64,000 nt of DNA from Candidatus Binatia bacterium. Its GTDB lineage: Bacteria; Desulfobacterota; Binatia; UBA9968; JAJDTQ01. A model generated the notes under the pieces. The model saw nothing but the letters and a program-made list of their open reading frames with translations, did not search any database and was not told the DNA's origin. The translations under genes and the position numbers were made by a program. Below are positions 36,594 to 46,990 of the stretch, one piece after another. How positions within the stretch are numbered: position 1 is the stretch's first letter; every line of letters starts with the position of its first letter. The stretch lies in contig OY761465.1 in the NCBI GenBank assembly GCA_963664535.1, forward strand, positions 76,980 through 140,979. Direction: 5' to 3'.

Positions 36594-37616
36594 TCAGTCG
36601 AGTCCGTAGAAGCGCCGGGCGTTGTCTCCCAGGATATTCTGCTTGGCCTCCTGCGAGAGGTCGTCCCGCGCCCATATCAACGAGCCCGATTCCGGCCAGC
36701 TCATGTCCCAATGGGGATAGTCCGACGCATACATGATGGTCTCGGAGCCGATCTCCCCCACCACGTAGCCGATGGTCTTCTCGTCGGGCTCGCAGCCGTA
36801 GTACACGTTCTTGCTGGTGATGTAGCGGCTGGGTTCCTGCTTGCATTCGGGGGCTTCCACGGCGCCGCGTTTCTCCCACTCCTCGTCCATCCGGTCCGAC
36901 CAGTAGGGGATCCAGCCGCAGCCGATCTCGAGAAAGCCGAGCTTCAGGTCGGGGAACAGCTCCGGAACGCCGGCGAAGATCATGCCGGTGAGCTGGCGCA
37001 ATACCGGGAACGGGTGGCCGGTGGTGTGAATGGAGATGAACTGGTCGAAGATCTCGCTGCCGGGCTCGTCGCCGCCGAAGGCGTGGATCGCCAGCGGCGT
37101 CCCGATCTTCTGCGCTTCCTCGTAGAGCGGGAAATACTCCGATGAGCCGAAGTTCTTTCCGTGTCCCTGAGCCGCCAGCATGCCTCCCACCAGTCCCAGC
37201 TCGGTGACCGCGTAGCGCAACTCCTCGGCCGCCGCCTCCGGAGCGTTGACCGGCAGGTTCGCCACGGCCTTGAGACGCGGCGAAACCTTGCAGTAGTCGG
37301 CGATGAACTCGTTGTAGGCGCGGCACAACTGGGTCTGGTAGCCGGGTTCGCGGATGCGGCCGATGCCTAGCCCGCTGGTGGGGTACATGACCGCTGTATG
37401 GATTTCCTGGGTGTCCATGGCGGCCAGGCGCTCCTCGTGCTTGACGCCCGCGTGGCCGAGGGTCCCGCCAAGGTTGCGGTCGTAGGTTTCCCGCGGAATG
37501 AACGGGGGGCGCCGGTTCTGGAAAGCCTCCCCCAGAAACGGCTTGACCAGGTCGTCGTTGTCCCGCGCGTGAGCGTCCGCGTCGATTACCTTAACAGTCG
37601 GGTCGATCTTCCCCAT
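36594..37616 (-). CDS. Amidohydrolase_2 family protein
   Basis: IDADAH, YPT, AIH, FLEIGCGW, ASDYPHWD and NARRFY motifs. Confidence 0.9.
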   Translation of the reverse strand: MGKIDPTVKVIDADAHARDNDDLVKPFLGEAFQNRRPPFIPRETYDRNLGGTLGHAGVKHEERLAAMDTQEIHTAVMYPTSGLGIGRIREPGYQTQLCRAYNEFIADYCKVSPRLKAVANLPVNAPEAAAEELRYAVTELGLVGGMLAAQGHGKNFGSSEYFPLYEEAQKIGTPLAIHAFGGDEPGSEIFDQFISIHTTGHPFPVLRQLTGMIFAGVPELFPDLKLGFLEIGCGWIPYWSDRMDEEWEKRGAVEAPECKQEPSRYITSKNVYYGCEPDEKTIGYVVGEIGSETIMYASDYPHWDMSWPESGSLIWARDDLSQEAKQNILGDNARRFYGLD

Positions 37617-37700
37617 GTTCGTCTCCCTTGATGGAATTTTCGTGTACGTGATCCACCGGCAAAACTACCACCTTCGGCCCCGGATGGAAATCGTCCGTTT

Positions 37701-39830
37701 TCAGGTGGTCGCCTCGAGATCCCGGTCCGGGATGGTGATCACCGGCTCCACCTCCCTCAGCTCCTCCAAGGGAATGTGGCAGGCGATGGAATGGCCCTCG
37801 GTGTCGAGCTGCACCGGCGGCGGCTCGTCATCGCAGATGCTCCCGACCTTCCGCTGGCACCGCGTCGAGAACGGGCATCCCTTGGGCGGATCGAGGGGGC
37901 TCGGCAGATTGCCTTCCAGCACGATGCGGCGCTTCTCCACCTCCGGGTCGGCGATGGGCACCGCAGAGAGCAACGCCTCGGTATAGGGATGATAGGGCGG
38001 CGCGAAGACTTCCTCGGTGGTCCCCCGCTCCATGATCTGCCCCAGGTACATGACCACCACGCGGTCGGAAAGATAGCGCACCGCGGACAGGTCGTGGCTG
38101 ATGAACAGCAGCGTGGTGCGGTGCTCGCGCTGGATGTCCATCAGCAGCTCGGTCACCGCCGCCGCCACCGACACGTCCAGCGCGGAGATGGGCTCGTCCG
38201 CGATGACGGTCTTCGGGTTGCCGGCGAAGGCCCGGGCGATGCCCACCCGTTGCTTCTGTCCGCCGGATAGCTGGCGCGGCTTGCGGGCGGCGAAGGCCCG
38301 GGGCAGCTTTACCGTGTCCAGCAGCTTGTGGACCCGATCCTGGATCTTGGCGGGGTCGGATTCGATGCCGAAGCGCTTGATGACCCGTCCGATCTGGTAG
38401 CCGACGGAGTGGGACGGGTTGAGCGTATCGTTGGGGTTCTGGAACACCATCTGCAGCGATGCGAGCTGCTCCGGGGTACGCTTCTTGACCGCGATGCTGC
38501 CCAGGTCCGTTCCGTCGAGGCGCACCTCGCCGTCGGTGGCGGTCTCCAGGCCCATCAGGACCTTGGCGAAGGTGGACTTGCCGCAGCCCGACTCGCCGAC
38601 GATGGCCACGGTCTCCCCTTCCCCGGCGTCGAAGCTGATGCTCTCGTTGGCCTTCACCTGCCGCACGGCTTCCCGTGAGACGAGCGTCGCCAGCGTGCTC
38701 TCCTTGACGTCGTAGTACTTGCGCATGTTGTCGACTTCAAGGACCGTGTCGCCCACCTCGATGGGCTCGCGGGTGGTTTCGTTGCCTACGACCGCGTCGT
38801 GATCGATCTCGCTCCAGCGCAGGCACCGCACCCGGTGCGCGGGATCGTCGTCGGTGTCAACATCCTCCATGGGAATGTGGTCGGCGTCGCAACGTCCGGC
38901 TTGAAAGGACTCGCAGCGGGGGCCGAAATAGCAGCCCTTGGGGCGTTGGTGCGGCAACGGAAGCTGGCCCTTGATGGCGGCCAGCGGACGGGCGTTCTTG
39001 TCGGCGTGGGGCAGCGGGATACAGCCGAACAACCCGTGCGTGTAAGGGTGCTTGGGCCAGGAGAAGATGGAATCGATATGCCCTTCCTCCACCACCTCGC
39101 CGGAATACATCACGCAGATCCGGTCGCAGACCTCCAGCATCAAGCCGAGGTTGTGGGAGATGTAGAGCAGCGACGCGCCCGATTCCTTGCTCAACTCGGC
39201 GATGAGCTCCACGATCCCCGCCTCCACCGTGACGTCAAGGGCGGTGGTGGGCTCGTCCAGCAGCAGCAGCGCCGGCCGCGACAACAGCGCCATGGCGATG
39301 ACCACCCGCTGCTGCTGGCCGCCGGAGACCTGGTGCGGGTAGGAATCCATCAGGCGCTTGGGATCCGGGATGTTCACGGCCGCCAGCATGTCGAAGGAGC
39401 GCTCGAAGGCCTCTTCCTCGCTCACGCCCTCGTGGATCATGGGCACTTCCATGAGTTGGGCGGCGATGGTCAGGCTCGGATTGAGAGCGGCCATGGGCTC
39501 CTGGTAGATCATGGCGATGTCCTTGCCCCGGACCCGCCGGATCTCCTCCTCGCTCAGTTCGGCCATGTCCCGGCCCTGGAACTTGATGGTGCCGCCGACG
39601 ATGCCGCCGTTCTTGCCCATGTAGCGCATGATGCCGTTGGCCACGGTGGACTTACCGCAGCCGGACTCGCCCACCAGACCCACCGATTCGCCTTTCGCGA
39701 TGGTGAGGTCGAAGTCCATGACCGCGGGAATTTCTCCCGCCCGCGTGTAGTAGCTGAGCCGGAGGCCGGAGATTTCCAGGACCGGCGGCTCGCCGCTGCC
39801 GTTGCCTTTGCCGTTGGGATCGGCCATCAC
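37701..39830 (-). CDS. Peptide/nickel-type ABC transporter, fused double ATPase
   Basis: Two GESGCGKS Walker A motifs, SGGQ signatures and HPYT C-terminal motifs. Confidence 0.95.
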   Translation of the reverse strand: MMADPNGKGNGSGEPPVLEISGLRLSYYTRAGEIPAVMDFDLTIAKGESVGLVGESGCGKSTVANGIMRYMGKNGGIVGGTIKFQGRDMAELSEEEIRRVRGKDIAMIYQEPMAALNPSLTIAAQLMEVPMIHEGVSEEEAFERSFDMLAAVNIPDPKRLMDSYPHQVSGGQQQRVVIAMALLSRPALLLLDEPTTALDVTVEAGIVELIAELSKESGASLLYISHNLGLMLEVCDRICVMYSGEVVEEGHIDSIFSWPKHPYTHGLFGCIPLPHADKNARPLAAIKGQLPLPHQRPKGCYFGPRCESFQAGRCDADHIPMEDVDTDDDPAHRVRCLRWSEIDHDAVVGNETTREPIEVGDTVLEVDNMRKYYDVKESTLATLVSREAVRQVKANESISFDAGEGETVAIVGESGCGKSTFAKVLMGLETATDGEVRLDGTDLGSIAVKKRTPEQLASLQMVFQNPNDTLNPSHSVGYQIGRVIKRFGIESDPAKIQDRVHKLLDTVKLPRAFAARKPRQLSGGQKQRVGIARAFAGNPKTVIADEPISALDVSVAAAVTELLMDIQREHRTTLLFISHDLSAVRYLSDRVVVMYLGQIMERGTTEEVFAPPYHPYTEALLSAVPIADPEVEKRRIVLEGNLPSPLDPPKGCPFSTRCQRKVGSICDDEPPPVQLDTEGHSIACHIPLEELREVEPVITIPDRDLEATT

Positions 39831-39837
39831 GTTCCTC

Positions 39838-40731
39838 CTAATCCTTCAGCGACACTTCCCGCAGCCCGTCGGCCAGCAGGTTGAAGCCCAGCACCAGCAG
39901 GGAGACCGCGCATGCGGGCAGGATCGCCATGTGGGGAAAACCGCCTGTCACGAAGGCGCGGGTCTCGGTAATCATGCCGCCCCAGTCGGGGTCCGGCGGC
40001 GGCAGGCCGAGGCCGAGGAACCCCAGCGCGCCGATGGTGATGGTCGTGTAGCCCATGCGCAGGCAGAAATCGACGATCAGCGGGCTGCGGGCGTTGGGCA
40101 GTATCTCCACCAGCATGATGTACCAGGGCCCTTCGCCCCGGGTCTGGGAGGCCGCGATGTAGTCGCGGGTGGCGATGTCCATGGTGACGCCGCGCACGAT
40201 GCGCATGATGCCCGGCGAGGAGGCGAACACCACCGCGAAGATGATGTTGAGCCCCGAGGCGCCGACCTTCGCGATGATCAGCACGTACAGGACCATGATG
40301 GGAAAGGAGAGGATCACGTTGGCGAAGAACGAGATGATCTCGTCCAGATAGCCCCGGAAGTAGCCCGCGGCCAAGCCCATGACGACGCCGACGATATACG
40401 CGGAAATGGTCGCCACGGTGGCATAGAACAGCACCCGCTGGCCGCCCCAGATGATCCGCGAAAGGATGTCGCGGCCCAAATGGTCGGTGCCGAACAGGAA
40501 TACGCCGCCGTCCGGCGCCGCCGTGCCCGGGAAGGCGAAGGGCAGGATCGTCGCGTTGGGATCGAAGGGTGACACGAGCGGCGCGAAGATCGCCAGCAGG
40601 ACGAAGAACAGCACGATCAGTGCGCCGAACAGGCCGACGGGGCTTTCCCGCAGGAGAGCCACCGCCTTGACCGCGTTCACGATGGTCGAATCCGGCCTTA
40701 CGAGAGGTGCGTCGGTAGTACTGGTAGCCAT
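39838..40731 (-). CDS. Peptide/nickel-type ABC permease (DppC-like)
   Basis: GTDHLGRDILSR and LGFLGLGLPPPDPDWG motifs. Confidence 0.94.
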   Translation of the reverse strand: MATSTTDAPLVRPDSTIVNAVKAVALLRESPVGLFGALIVLFFVLLAIFAPLVSPFDPNATILPFAFPGTAAPDGGVFLFGTDHLGRDILSRIIWGGQRVLFYATVATISAYIVGVVMGLAAGYFRGYLDEIISFFANVILSFPIMVLYVLIIAKVGASGLNIIFAVVFASSPGIMRIVRGVTMDIATRDYIAASQTRGEGPWYIMLVEILPNARSPLIVDFCLRMGYTTITIGALGFLGLGLPPPDPDWGGMITETRAFVTGGFPHMAILPACAVSLLVLGFNLLADGLREVSLKD

Positions 40732-40741
40732 GATCCCCTCC

Positions 40742-41674
40742 TCACTTGAACCGGATCCTCGGGTTCAGATAGGTGTACCCGAGGTCGCCGATGGTTTGGG
40801 TGAAGACGGCCACGAACACCGCCGCCGTGCCGCAGGCCTCGATCACGAAGATGTCCCGCCGTAGCGCCGCTTCCAGCAGCAGCGCCCCGAATCCCTTGTA
40901 GCCGAAGGCGAATTCCGTGACCACGACGCCCGACAGCAGCCAGTTGATCTGGAGCATGATGACCGTGAACGGAGCGATCAGCGCGTTCCGCAGCGCGTGC
41001 TTCATGATGATGTGCCGGTAGGGCAACCCCTTGAGCATGGCGGTGCGGATGTAGTGGTTGGTCATCACCTCCGCCATGGACGCTCGGGTCATTCGGGCGA
41101 CATAGCCGAAGCCGTACAAGGTCAGCACCATCACCGGCAGGATCAGCTCCACCACGTTGAAACCCGACGTCATGGACGAGGTCCCGGGGAGCCAGCCGAG
41201 CGTGAAGACGAAGATCCAGGCGAGCAGCACCGCGCTGGCGTACTCGGGGATGGAGGTGGTGGTGATGGAAAAGACCGAGATCACGCGGTCCTGCGTCGAG
41301 CCTTCCTTCATGCCGGCCAGCACGCCCAGGGTCAGGGCGACAATGACCATGACGACGAAGGTGACCCCGGCCAGGATGCCGGTGTTGCCCAGCCTGTCCC
41401 AGAAGATCTCGTTCACCGGCCGTTTGTAGATGATGGAGTCGCCGAGATCGCCGGACATCACCCTGCCGATCCATTCGACGTAGCGGACCAGGATGTGGCG
41501 GTCGTAGCCGTGCTGGACGATCCAGGCGTCAAGCTGCTGGTCCTGGGCATAGGGTCCCAGGACGCTGCGCGCGATGAGGCGCGGATCACCCTCGTTCATG
41601 AGAAACAGAAGCAGCGCGACCGTGAGCATGATGAGGATCATCATGCCGATGCGCCGCATGATCAGTTGTGGCAT
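40742..41674 (-). CDS. Peptide/nickel-type ABC permease (DppB-like)
   Basis: GDLGDS, YIRTAMLKGL, HALRNAL and LNPRIR motifs. Confidence 0.94.
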   Translation of the reverse strand: MPQLIMRRIGMMILIMLTVALLLFLMNEGDPRLIARSVLGPYAQDQQLDAWIVQHGYDRHILVRYVEWIGRVMSGDLGDSIIYKRPVNEIFWDRLGNTGILAGVTFVVMVIVALTLGVLAGMKEGSTQDRVISVFSITTTSIPEYASAVLLAWIFVFTLGWLPGTSSMTSGFNVVELILPVMVLTLYGFGYVARMTRASMAEVMTNHYIRTAMLKGLPYRHIIMKHALRNALIAPFTVIMLQINWLLSGVVVTEFAFGYKGFGALLLEAALRRDIFVIEACGTAAVFVAVFTQTIGDLGYTYLNPRIRFK

Positions 41675-41735
41675 GTCAGTCTCCGGTGCTCTCTGGTCGT
41701 GGCGTACGCGCACCCGGTCAACCGGGAGGGTGCGG

Positions 41736-41763
41736 GTAGGGGCGACCGGCCGGTCGCCCCTAC
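41736..41763. repeat. GTAG-class REP, perfect 28-bp palindrome
   Basis: GTAGGGGCGACCGGCCGGTCGCCCCTAC, located between the substrate-binding and permease genes. Confidence 0.88.
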
Positions 41764-41785
41764 AGGTTCACCGCAACGCAGGCTC

Positions 41786-43519
41786 CTAGCCTTCCAGCCA
41801 CACGTCTTGAAACTGGTGGTACAGCGTCGGATGGGTCTTGAGTCCCTTGACCCGCTTGTTCGCCGCCTTGAAGACCGACCGCCAGAAGGGCTGCGGGATG
41901 ATGGCGTCGTCCTGGAGGATCTTCTCGCAGACGGCCATCTTCTTCTTGCGCTCGTTGACATCGAGGGTTGCCTCGGCGGCGTCGAGCGCGGCGTCGAACT
42001 TGGGGTTGTTGTAGGCGGTCTCGTTCCAGGGCACCCCGGACCGGTAGCCGAGGCCGAGCACCATGGTGCCGAGCGGACGGTGCGTCCAGGCGGTGTAGCC
42101 CCAGGGCGCCTTGTCCCAGACCTCCCAGTACTGGTTGGCCGGCATCTTGTTGATGTTCAGGTTGATGCCCGCGGGAGCGAGCTGGTTCTTGAAGATGGCG
42201 CAGACGTCGGTCATCCAGCGCCCCTCGGTATCGCCGTTGGCGATCTCGACGGTGATGCCGTCCTTGTAGCCCGCCTCGGCCAGCAGCTTCCTGGCCTTCT
42301 CGATGTCCCGCTTGAGCGGCGGCAATGCCGCGTATTCCGGGTGGATCGGACAGACGTGATGGTTCTCGGCGACCTGGCCGAGGCCCTTGAAAGCCTTGTC
42401 CAGGATATCCTTGTGGTCCATGCAGGCGGCGATGGCCTGGCGGAGCTTGAGGTTGTCGAAGGGTTTCTCCGTTATGCGGAAGCGCATGACCGCCGTCTGC
42501 GCGGTGGTCGCCTCGTGGAGATCCACGAAGGGCAGGCGCTTCACCGTCTCGATGGCGTCGTTGGGCAGGCGGAAGACCATGTCCACCTGTTGCGAGGCCA
42601 GCGCCGCGATCCAGGCATTGGTGTCTTCACCGTGGTCGAAATAGTGGATCTCGTCCAGGTGGAACGGTCCGGCCCACCATTTCCGCGCCTTCTTGAGGAT
42701 GGCCCTCTCGCCCACCGCGAACGATTCCAGCTTCATCGGACCGGTGCCGATGGGGTTCTTGGAGAGGTCGGCGGCGTAGTCCTTGCCGAAGCCCCGGTGC
42801 ACGATGGCGGTGGGATAGTTGTAGAAGTTCTCCGGCATGGCCAGGGCGGCCTGCTTGAGGTTGAACTTGATGGTGTGGTCGTCGATGACCTCCACCGCGT
42901 TGGCGATGCCGCGCTTCATCGGCTTTCCGTCGGCGCCCTTCACGGTCTCCACCATGGCGCTGAAGAGGCCGAGGTTCGAGGACCCGGTCTTGGGGTCGAG
43001 CCAGCGGTTGACGGTGTGGGCGACGTCGGCGGAGTTGAACTTGTCGCCGTTGGACCAGGTCACGTCGTCCCGCAGATGGAACACCCACGTCTTGAGGTCG
43101 TCTGACGCTTCCCACTTCTTGGCGAGGTAGGGAACCGTCACGTTGTCGGCCTTGGTCCGGGTGAGGTGTTCCACCAGGAAGCGCGCCACATTGGATTTCT
43201 CCGTCCAGTCGAAGCTCGCCGGATCGGTCACCTCCTGAATCCGCATGGAGACCCTGAGGGTCCCACCCGGTTTCGGCGTGGCGGCCGACGCCGACGGGAT
43301 GAATGCGCCGCCGATGAGCTTGTCCGCCGTGGCATACGCCACGCCCGCGGTCATGCCCAATAGCGCCGCCTGGCGCAGAAAGTCGCGTCGGGTGATCTTT
43401 TTTGTGCGGAGCTGGTCGCAAAGCTCCGGCAGGTAGCTGTGCGTCTCGGCCCCCAGTTCTCGCTCCGAGGGCAGCAGGTAGCGCCGCTTGTCTCGGCTCA
43501 GGATCTTCTTGTCGCTCAT
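41786..43519 (-). CDS. Family 5 ABC substrate-binding protein with Tat signal
   Basis: TRRDFLR twin-arginine motif, PYLAKKWEASDD..W.F.LR and PIGTGP. Start at ATG 43519 within the longer track ORF. Confidence 0.93.
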   Translation of the reverse strand: MSDKKILSRDKRRYLLPSERELGAETHSYLPELCDQLRTKKITRRDFLRQAALLGMTAGVAYATADKLIGGAFIPSASAATPKPGGTLRVSMRIQEVTDPASFDWTEKSNVARFLVEHLTRTKADNVTVPYLAKKWEASDDLKTWVFHLRDDVTWSNGDKFNSADVAHTVNRWLDPKTGSSNLGLFSAMVETVKGADGKPMKRGIANAVEVIDDHTIKFNLKQAALAMPENFYNYPTAIVHRGFGKDYAADLSKNPIGTGPMKLESFAVGERAILKKARKWWAGPFHLDEIHYFDHGEDTNAWIAALASQQVDMVFRLPNDAIETVKRLPFVDLHEATTAQTAVMRFRITEKPFDNLKLRQAIAACMDHKDILDKAFKGLGQVAENHHVCPIHPEYAALPPLKRDIEKARKLLAEAGYKDGITVEIANGDTEGRWMTDVCAIFKNQLAPAGINLNINKMPANQYWEVWDKAPWGYTAWTHRPLGTMVLGLGYRSGVPWNETAYNNPKFDAALDAAEATLDVNERKKKMAVCEKILQDDAIIPQPFWRSVFKAANKRVKGLKTHPTLYHQFQDVWLEG

Positions 43520-43696
43520 GAATGCAACCTCCGTTTGGCTCGACTGCTGGGCGGGCGTCGTGAGGGCTGACACGACTCCGGCTGGAAGGGGCACCGCCCG
43601 ATATCCCTGGCGGCCCAACAGACCATTCTCCGAAGCACCAGAGCCTATTCCACATCCGGTCTGGAATGCAAGCCGGTTTTCTGCGATTCTTCGACC

Positions 43697-45955
43697 ATGG
43701 GTACGCCCCCGGATCGCCATCCGCTCAACGTCATCGGCCGGTCGACGCCCGCCGTCGAAGGCGCCGCGAAGGTTACCGCCGAGGCCCACTACCTGGAGGA
43801 CCTCCACGCCCCGGGCATGCTCTACGGCAAGATCCTGCGCAGTCCCCTCCCCCACGCCCGTATCCTCGACATCGACACTTCCCGGGCCGAACGCCTCCCC
43901 GGAGTGACCGCGGTCGTCACCGCCCGGCACATGCCCGACATCAGGTTCAGCTTCGTCCCGGAGTTCGCGGACAAGGTGCCGCTGTGCGCGCCCGGCCGCA
44001 CGGTGCGTTACGCCGGCGACGAGGTGGCGGCCGTGGCGGCGCTGGACGAGCGCACCGCGGAGGAGGCCGTGCGCCTCATCGAGGTGGACTACGAGTCCCT
44101 GGAGCCGGTGCTGGATCTGGAGGCCGCGCTGTCTCCGGACTCCCCCGCGGTCCACGACGGCGGCAACCTGGCCTACGAGGTGCACAAGGCCGAGGGCGAC
44201 ATCGAGGCCGCCTTCGCGGACTGCGACCTGGTGGTGGAGGAGGAGTTCGAAACCGCGCGCCAGTCCCACGCGGTCATGGAGGCCCGGGGTTGCATCGCCC
44301 AGTACGGCGTCACCGGCCAGCTCACGGTCTGGCACCAGACCCAGGCGCCCCACACCTTGCGCGCCGAGATCGCCCGCGCCCTGGGCATCCCCCAGCGGCT
44401 GGTGCGCGTGATCCAGCCCGAGACCGGCGGCGGGTTCGGCGCCCGGCTGGTGATGAACGTCATGGTGCCCATCGCCGCGACCCTGTCCCGCAAGTCGGGC
44501 GGCCGGCCCGTGCGCATCGTCAACACCCGCGACGAGGAGTTCCGTTGCGCCGGCGCGCGCTACGCCTACCGCTTCAAGCTCAGGCTGGGCTGCAACAGCG
44601 ACGGCGTCATCCGCGCCAAGAGCCTGGAGGTGCTGGGAGACAACGGCGCCTACAACGACAAGGGCATCTCCACCATCAACTTCATCACCATGTCCTTCTT
44701 CTCTTCCTATGATCGCCATCATCCGGCGACGTCGGTGGACGCCCGGCTGGTGTACACCAACAAGCCGCCCGGGGCCGCCTACCGGGGCTTCGGGCATGCC
44801 GAGGAGACCTTCGCCTTCGAGTCCATCCTGGAGACCATGGCCGAGCGGCTGGGCCTGGACCCGGTGGCGGTCCGCGCCGAGAACCTGAGACGCCCCTGCG
44901 AGCGCGCCTGCCTGGAACGGGCCACCGAGCGGATGCGGCCGGGCAAGGGAGCCGCCGAAGGCACGACGCGCACGGGCATCGGCATGGCGGTCCTGTCCGA
45001 GACCGGCGCCGGGCTGCGCTACTACCGGCAGAACTCCACCGAGGCCATCGTCAAGGTGGACCGCGACGGCAGCGTGGCGATCATCGCCACCATCGCCGAC
45101 ACCGGCACCGGCACCCGCACCGTCATGGCCCAGATCGCGGCCGAGCAACTCGGCGTGTCGGTGGACCGCATCCGCATCTTCCACAACGACACCGACGTGA
45201 TCCCCTTCGACCTGGGCACCTGGGCCAGCCGCACCACCTACGTGTGCGGCAACGCCGTGGCCGCGGCGGCGGCCGACGCGCGCCGGCGGCTGGCGGAGGT
45301 GGCCGCGGGCATGCTGCGCGCAGTTCCCGGGACGCTGGAGTTCGGCAACGACCGCGTGGCCGCCACGGTGGAGCCCGGCGGCGAGGTGAGCTTCGACGAC
45401 GTGGTGCGGGAGGCCTACGACCGTCAGGGCCTGCTCATCATCGGCAAGGGCGCGTTCGTGGACGAGGCCGCCACCCGCTTCGTCACCAACGACTACGAGG
45501 CCGCGGCCCCGGTCATCGCCGCCTGCTGCCACGTGGCCGAGGTGCGGGTGGACATGGAGACCGGCGAGGTGGAGTTGCTGCGCTACCTGGCGGTGCACGA
45601 CGTCGGCAAGGCCATCAACCCACTGGGTCTCGAGGGCCAGATCGAGGGGGGTGTCACCCAGGGGCTCGGCTACGCCTTGTACGAGGATCTGACCGTGGAC
45701 GGCGGCCAGGTGCTGAACCCGAACTTCGTGGACTACCGCGTCCCCACCTTCGGCGCCATGCCCAAGCGTCTGGAGACCGCCTTCGTGGAAGGCGACCCCT
45801 CCGAAGGCCCCTACGGCGCCAAGGGCGTCGGCGAGCTGCCTTTCGGCCCAGCCGCCCCCGCCATAGCCAACGCCGTCTACAACGCCGTGGGGGTGCGTCT
45901 GAAGACCCTGCCCATGACACCGGAGCGGGTTCTAAGGGGGTTGAAGACCCATTGA
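43697..45955 (+). CDS. Xanthine dehydrogenase-family molybdopterin-binding (large) subunit
   Basis: RSPLPHARI, QAPH, GGGFG, AYRGFG, GQIEGG and GAKGVGE motifs. Confidence 0.93.
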   Translation: MGTPPDRHPLNVIGRSTPAVEGAAKVTAEAHYLEDLHAPGMLYGKILRSPLPHARILDIDTSRAERLPGVTAVVTARHMPDIRFSFVPEFADKVPLCAPGRTVRYAGDEVAAVAALDERTAEEAVRLIEVDYESLEPVLDLEAALSPDSPAVHDGGNLAYEVHKAEGDIEAAFADCDLVVEEEFETARQSHAVMEARGCIAQYGVTGQLTVWHQTQAPHTLRAEIARALGIPQRLVRVIQPETGGGFGARLVMNVMVPIAATLSRKSGGRPVRIVNTRDEEFRCAGARYAYRFKLRLGCNSDGVIRAKSLEVLGDNGAYNDKGISTINFITMSFFSSYDRHHPATSVDARLVYTNKPPGAAYRGFGHAEETFAFESILETMAERLGLDPVAVRAENLRRPCERACLERATERMRPGKGAAEGTTRTGIGMAVLSETGAGLRYYRQNSTEAIVKVDRDGSVAIIATIADTGTGTRTVMAQIAAEQLGVSVDRIRIFHNDTDVIPFDLGTWASRTTYVCGNAVAAAAADARRRLAEVAAGMLRAVPGTLEFGNDRVAATVEPGGEVSFDDVVREAYDRQGLLIIGKGAFVDEAATRFVTNDYEAAAPVIAACCHVAEVRVDMETGEVELLRYLAVHDVGKAINPLGLEGQIEGGVTQGLGYALYEDLTVDGGQVLNPNFVDYRVPTFGAMPKRLETAFVEGDPSEGPYGAKGVGELPFGPAAPAIANAVYNAVGVRLKTLPMTPERVLRGLKTH

Positions 45956-45997
45956 CGCCGCAGGGTGCTGCCGTTTCCGCCAGTGAAGGGGCTGATC

Positions 45998-46990
45998 TCA
46001 AGTGGAGTGTATTCCACACCTGACGGCGATCGTCTTCGCGAGCGTCTTGAAGTCCTTGTAGCAATCCTGCACGGCGTAGATATGACCTCCGAGCGCACCG
46101 TCCGCGGCGGTGAGGCGGAACATAGGCTTGCGGGCCTCGTGCGCCATTGCCATCAGGCTTCGATAGTGCTTCAGGGTAGCAAGGCATTCGGTGTCGTCAT
46201 CTGTCGAGAATACGTTGCCGTCGACCTCGCCGAGCGCTTCCTTACGATAGGCGCCTGGAATTCGTCCGATCCATTTCTGGTATGCCTGCACGGGACGGCC
46301 TGCACGCACCGCGTGCTGCATCACAATGTACCCCGCCGGTCCGATGTCGGCCGATGGAAGATCGAGGTTGGAAACCTCCGGGCGGCGTTCCAGACGGTCC
46401 CGCCACTCGTTGCGCCACTCCTGGAGGGTCGGCCCCACGTTGCGGAGCGCCTGCAAAGAGAAAAGATCCGGGGCAAGCGGAAACACGACGAAGTTTGCTG
46501 CAACGATCGCCGCCCGGTTGATAGCCCCCAGGTTCGGACCGACGTCAATCAACACCACGTCTGCATTCTGTTTGTCGGCGGCGTTGAAAATCGTCCGATG
46601 GAACGCCGATTCGGTGCGAAATGCCGACTCGTCGCCGCTCAAACAGTTAGGCCACGCTGCTGACAGCTTCGCCTCGAAGCTCGAAAGAGCCAAGTCGCCG
46701 ACGACGATACCGAGGTTCGAAGCGACCTGTTCGACGTGCGGCTCCCGGATGTCGCCAAGCCCGCGCAGAATGGGCGAGATCGCGCCCAGGATGCTGTCGG
46801 GATGTTCGCCGTCAGGCCACAACTGCTCCAGGCGATCCTCCCTGAGAAATACGGTGCTGAGGTTCGCTTGTGGATCGAGATCTACCGCGACCACCGAGAA
46901 TCCGAGGTCCGCGTACATCCACGCCAAGTGATATACCAGGGTCGTTTTGCCCACGCCGCCCTTGTTATTGAAGAAAGCGATCGTTTTCAC
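45998..46990 (-). CDS. ParA/Soj-like ATPase
   Basis: FNNKGGVGKTT deviant Walker A, DLDPQANL and DVGPNLGAIN motifs. Confidence 0.9.
   Translation of the reverse strand: MKTIAFFNNKGGVGKTTLVYHLAWMYADLGFSVVAVDLDPQANLSTVFLREDRLEQLWPDGEHPDSILGAISPILRGLGDIREPHVEQVASNLGIVVGDLALSSFEAKLSAAWPNCLSGDESAFRTESAFHRTIFNAADKQNADVVLIDVGPNLGAINRAAIVAANFVVFPLAPDLFSLQALRNVGPTLQEWRNEWRDRLERRPEVSNLDLPSADIGPAGYIVMQHAVRAGRPVQAYQKWIGRIPGAYRKEALGEVDGNVFSTDDDTECLATLKHYRSLMAMAHEARKPMFRLTAADGALGGHIYAVQDCYKDFKTLAKTIAVRCGIHST

Noticed and set aside
43520-45598. N-terminal ~690 aa of the 1270-aa minus-strand ORF, which looks like a giant fusion to the substrate-binding protein
   Set aside because: It is the antisense shadow of the XDH-family gene. 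The real protein starts at 43519, ahead of the Tat motif.
31146-45955. Sec read-through at other TGA-ending genes (PDO fusion, 69-aa ORF, Cys-rich ORF, XDH subunit)
   Set aside because: The PDO fusion and XDH subunit look complete at their stops. I saw no family-like continuation after any of these stops, unlike the SQR case.
45998-46990. Chromosome or plasmid partition locus
   Set aside because: There is no parB, parS or rep gene nearby. The site is near the terminus and coupled to an AlbA-domain gene.
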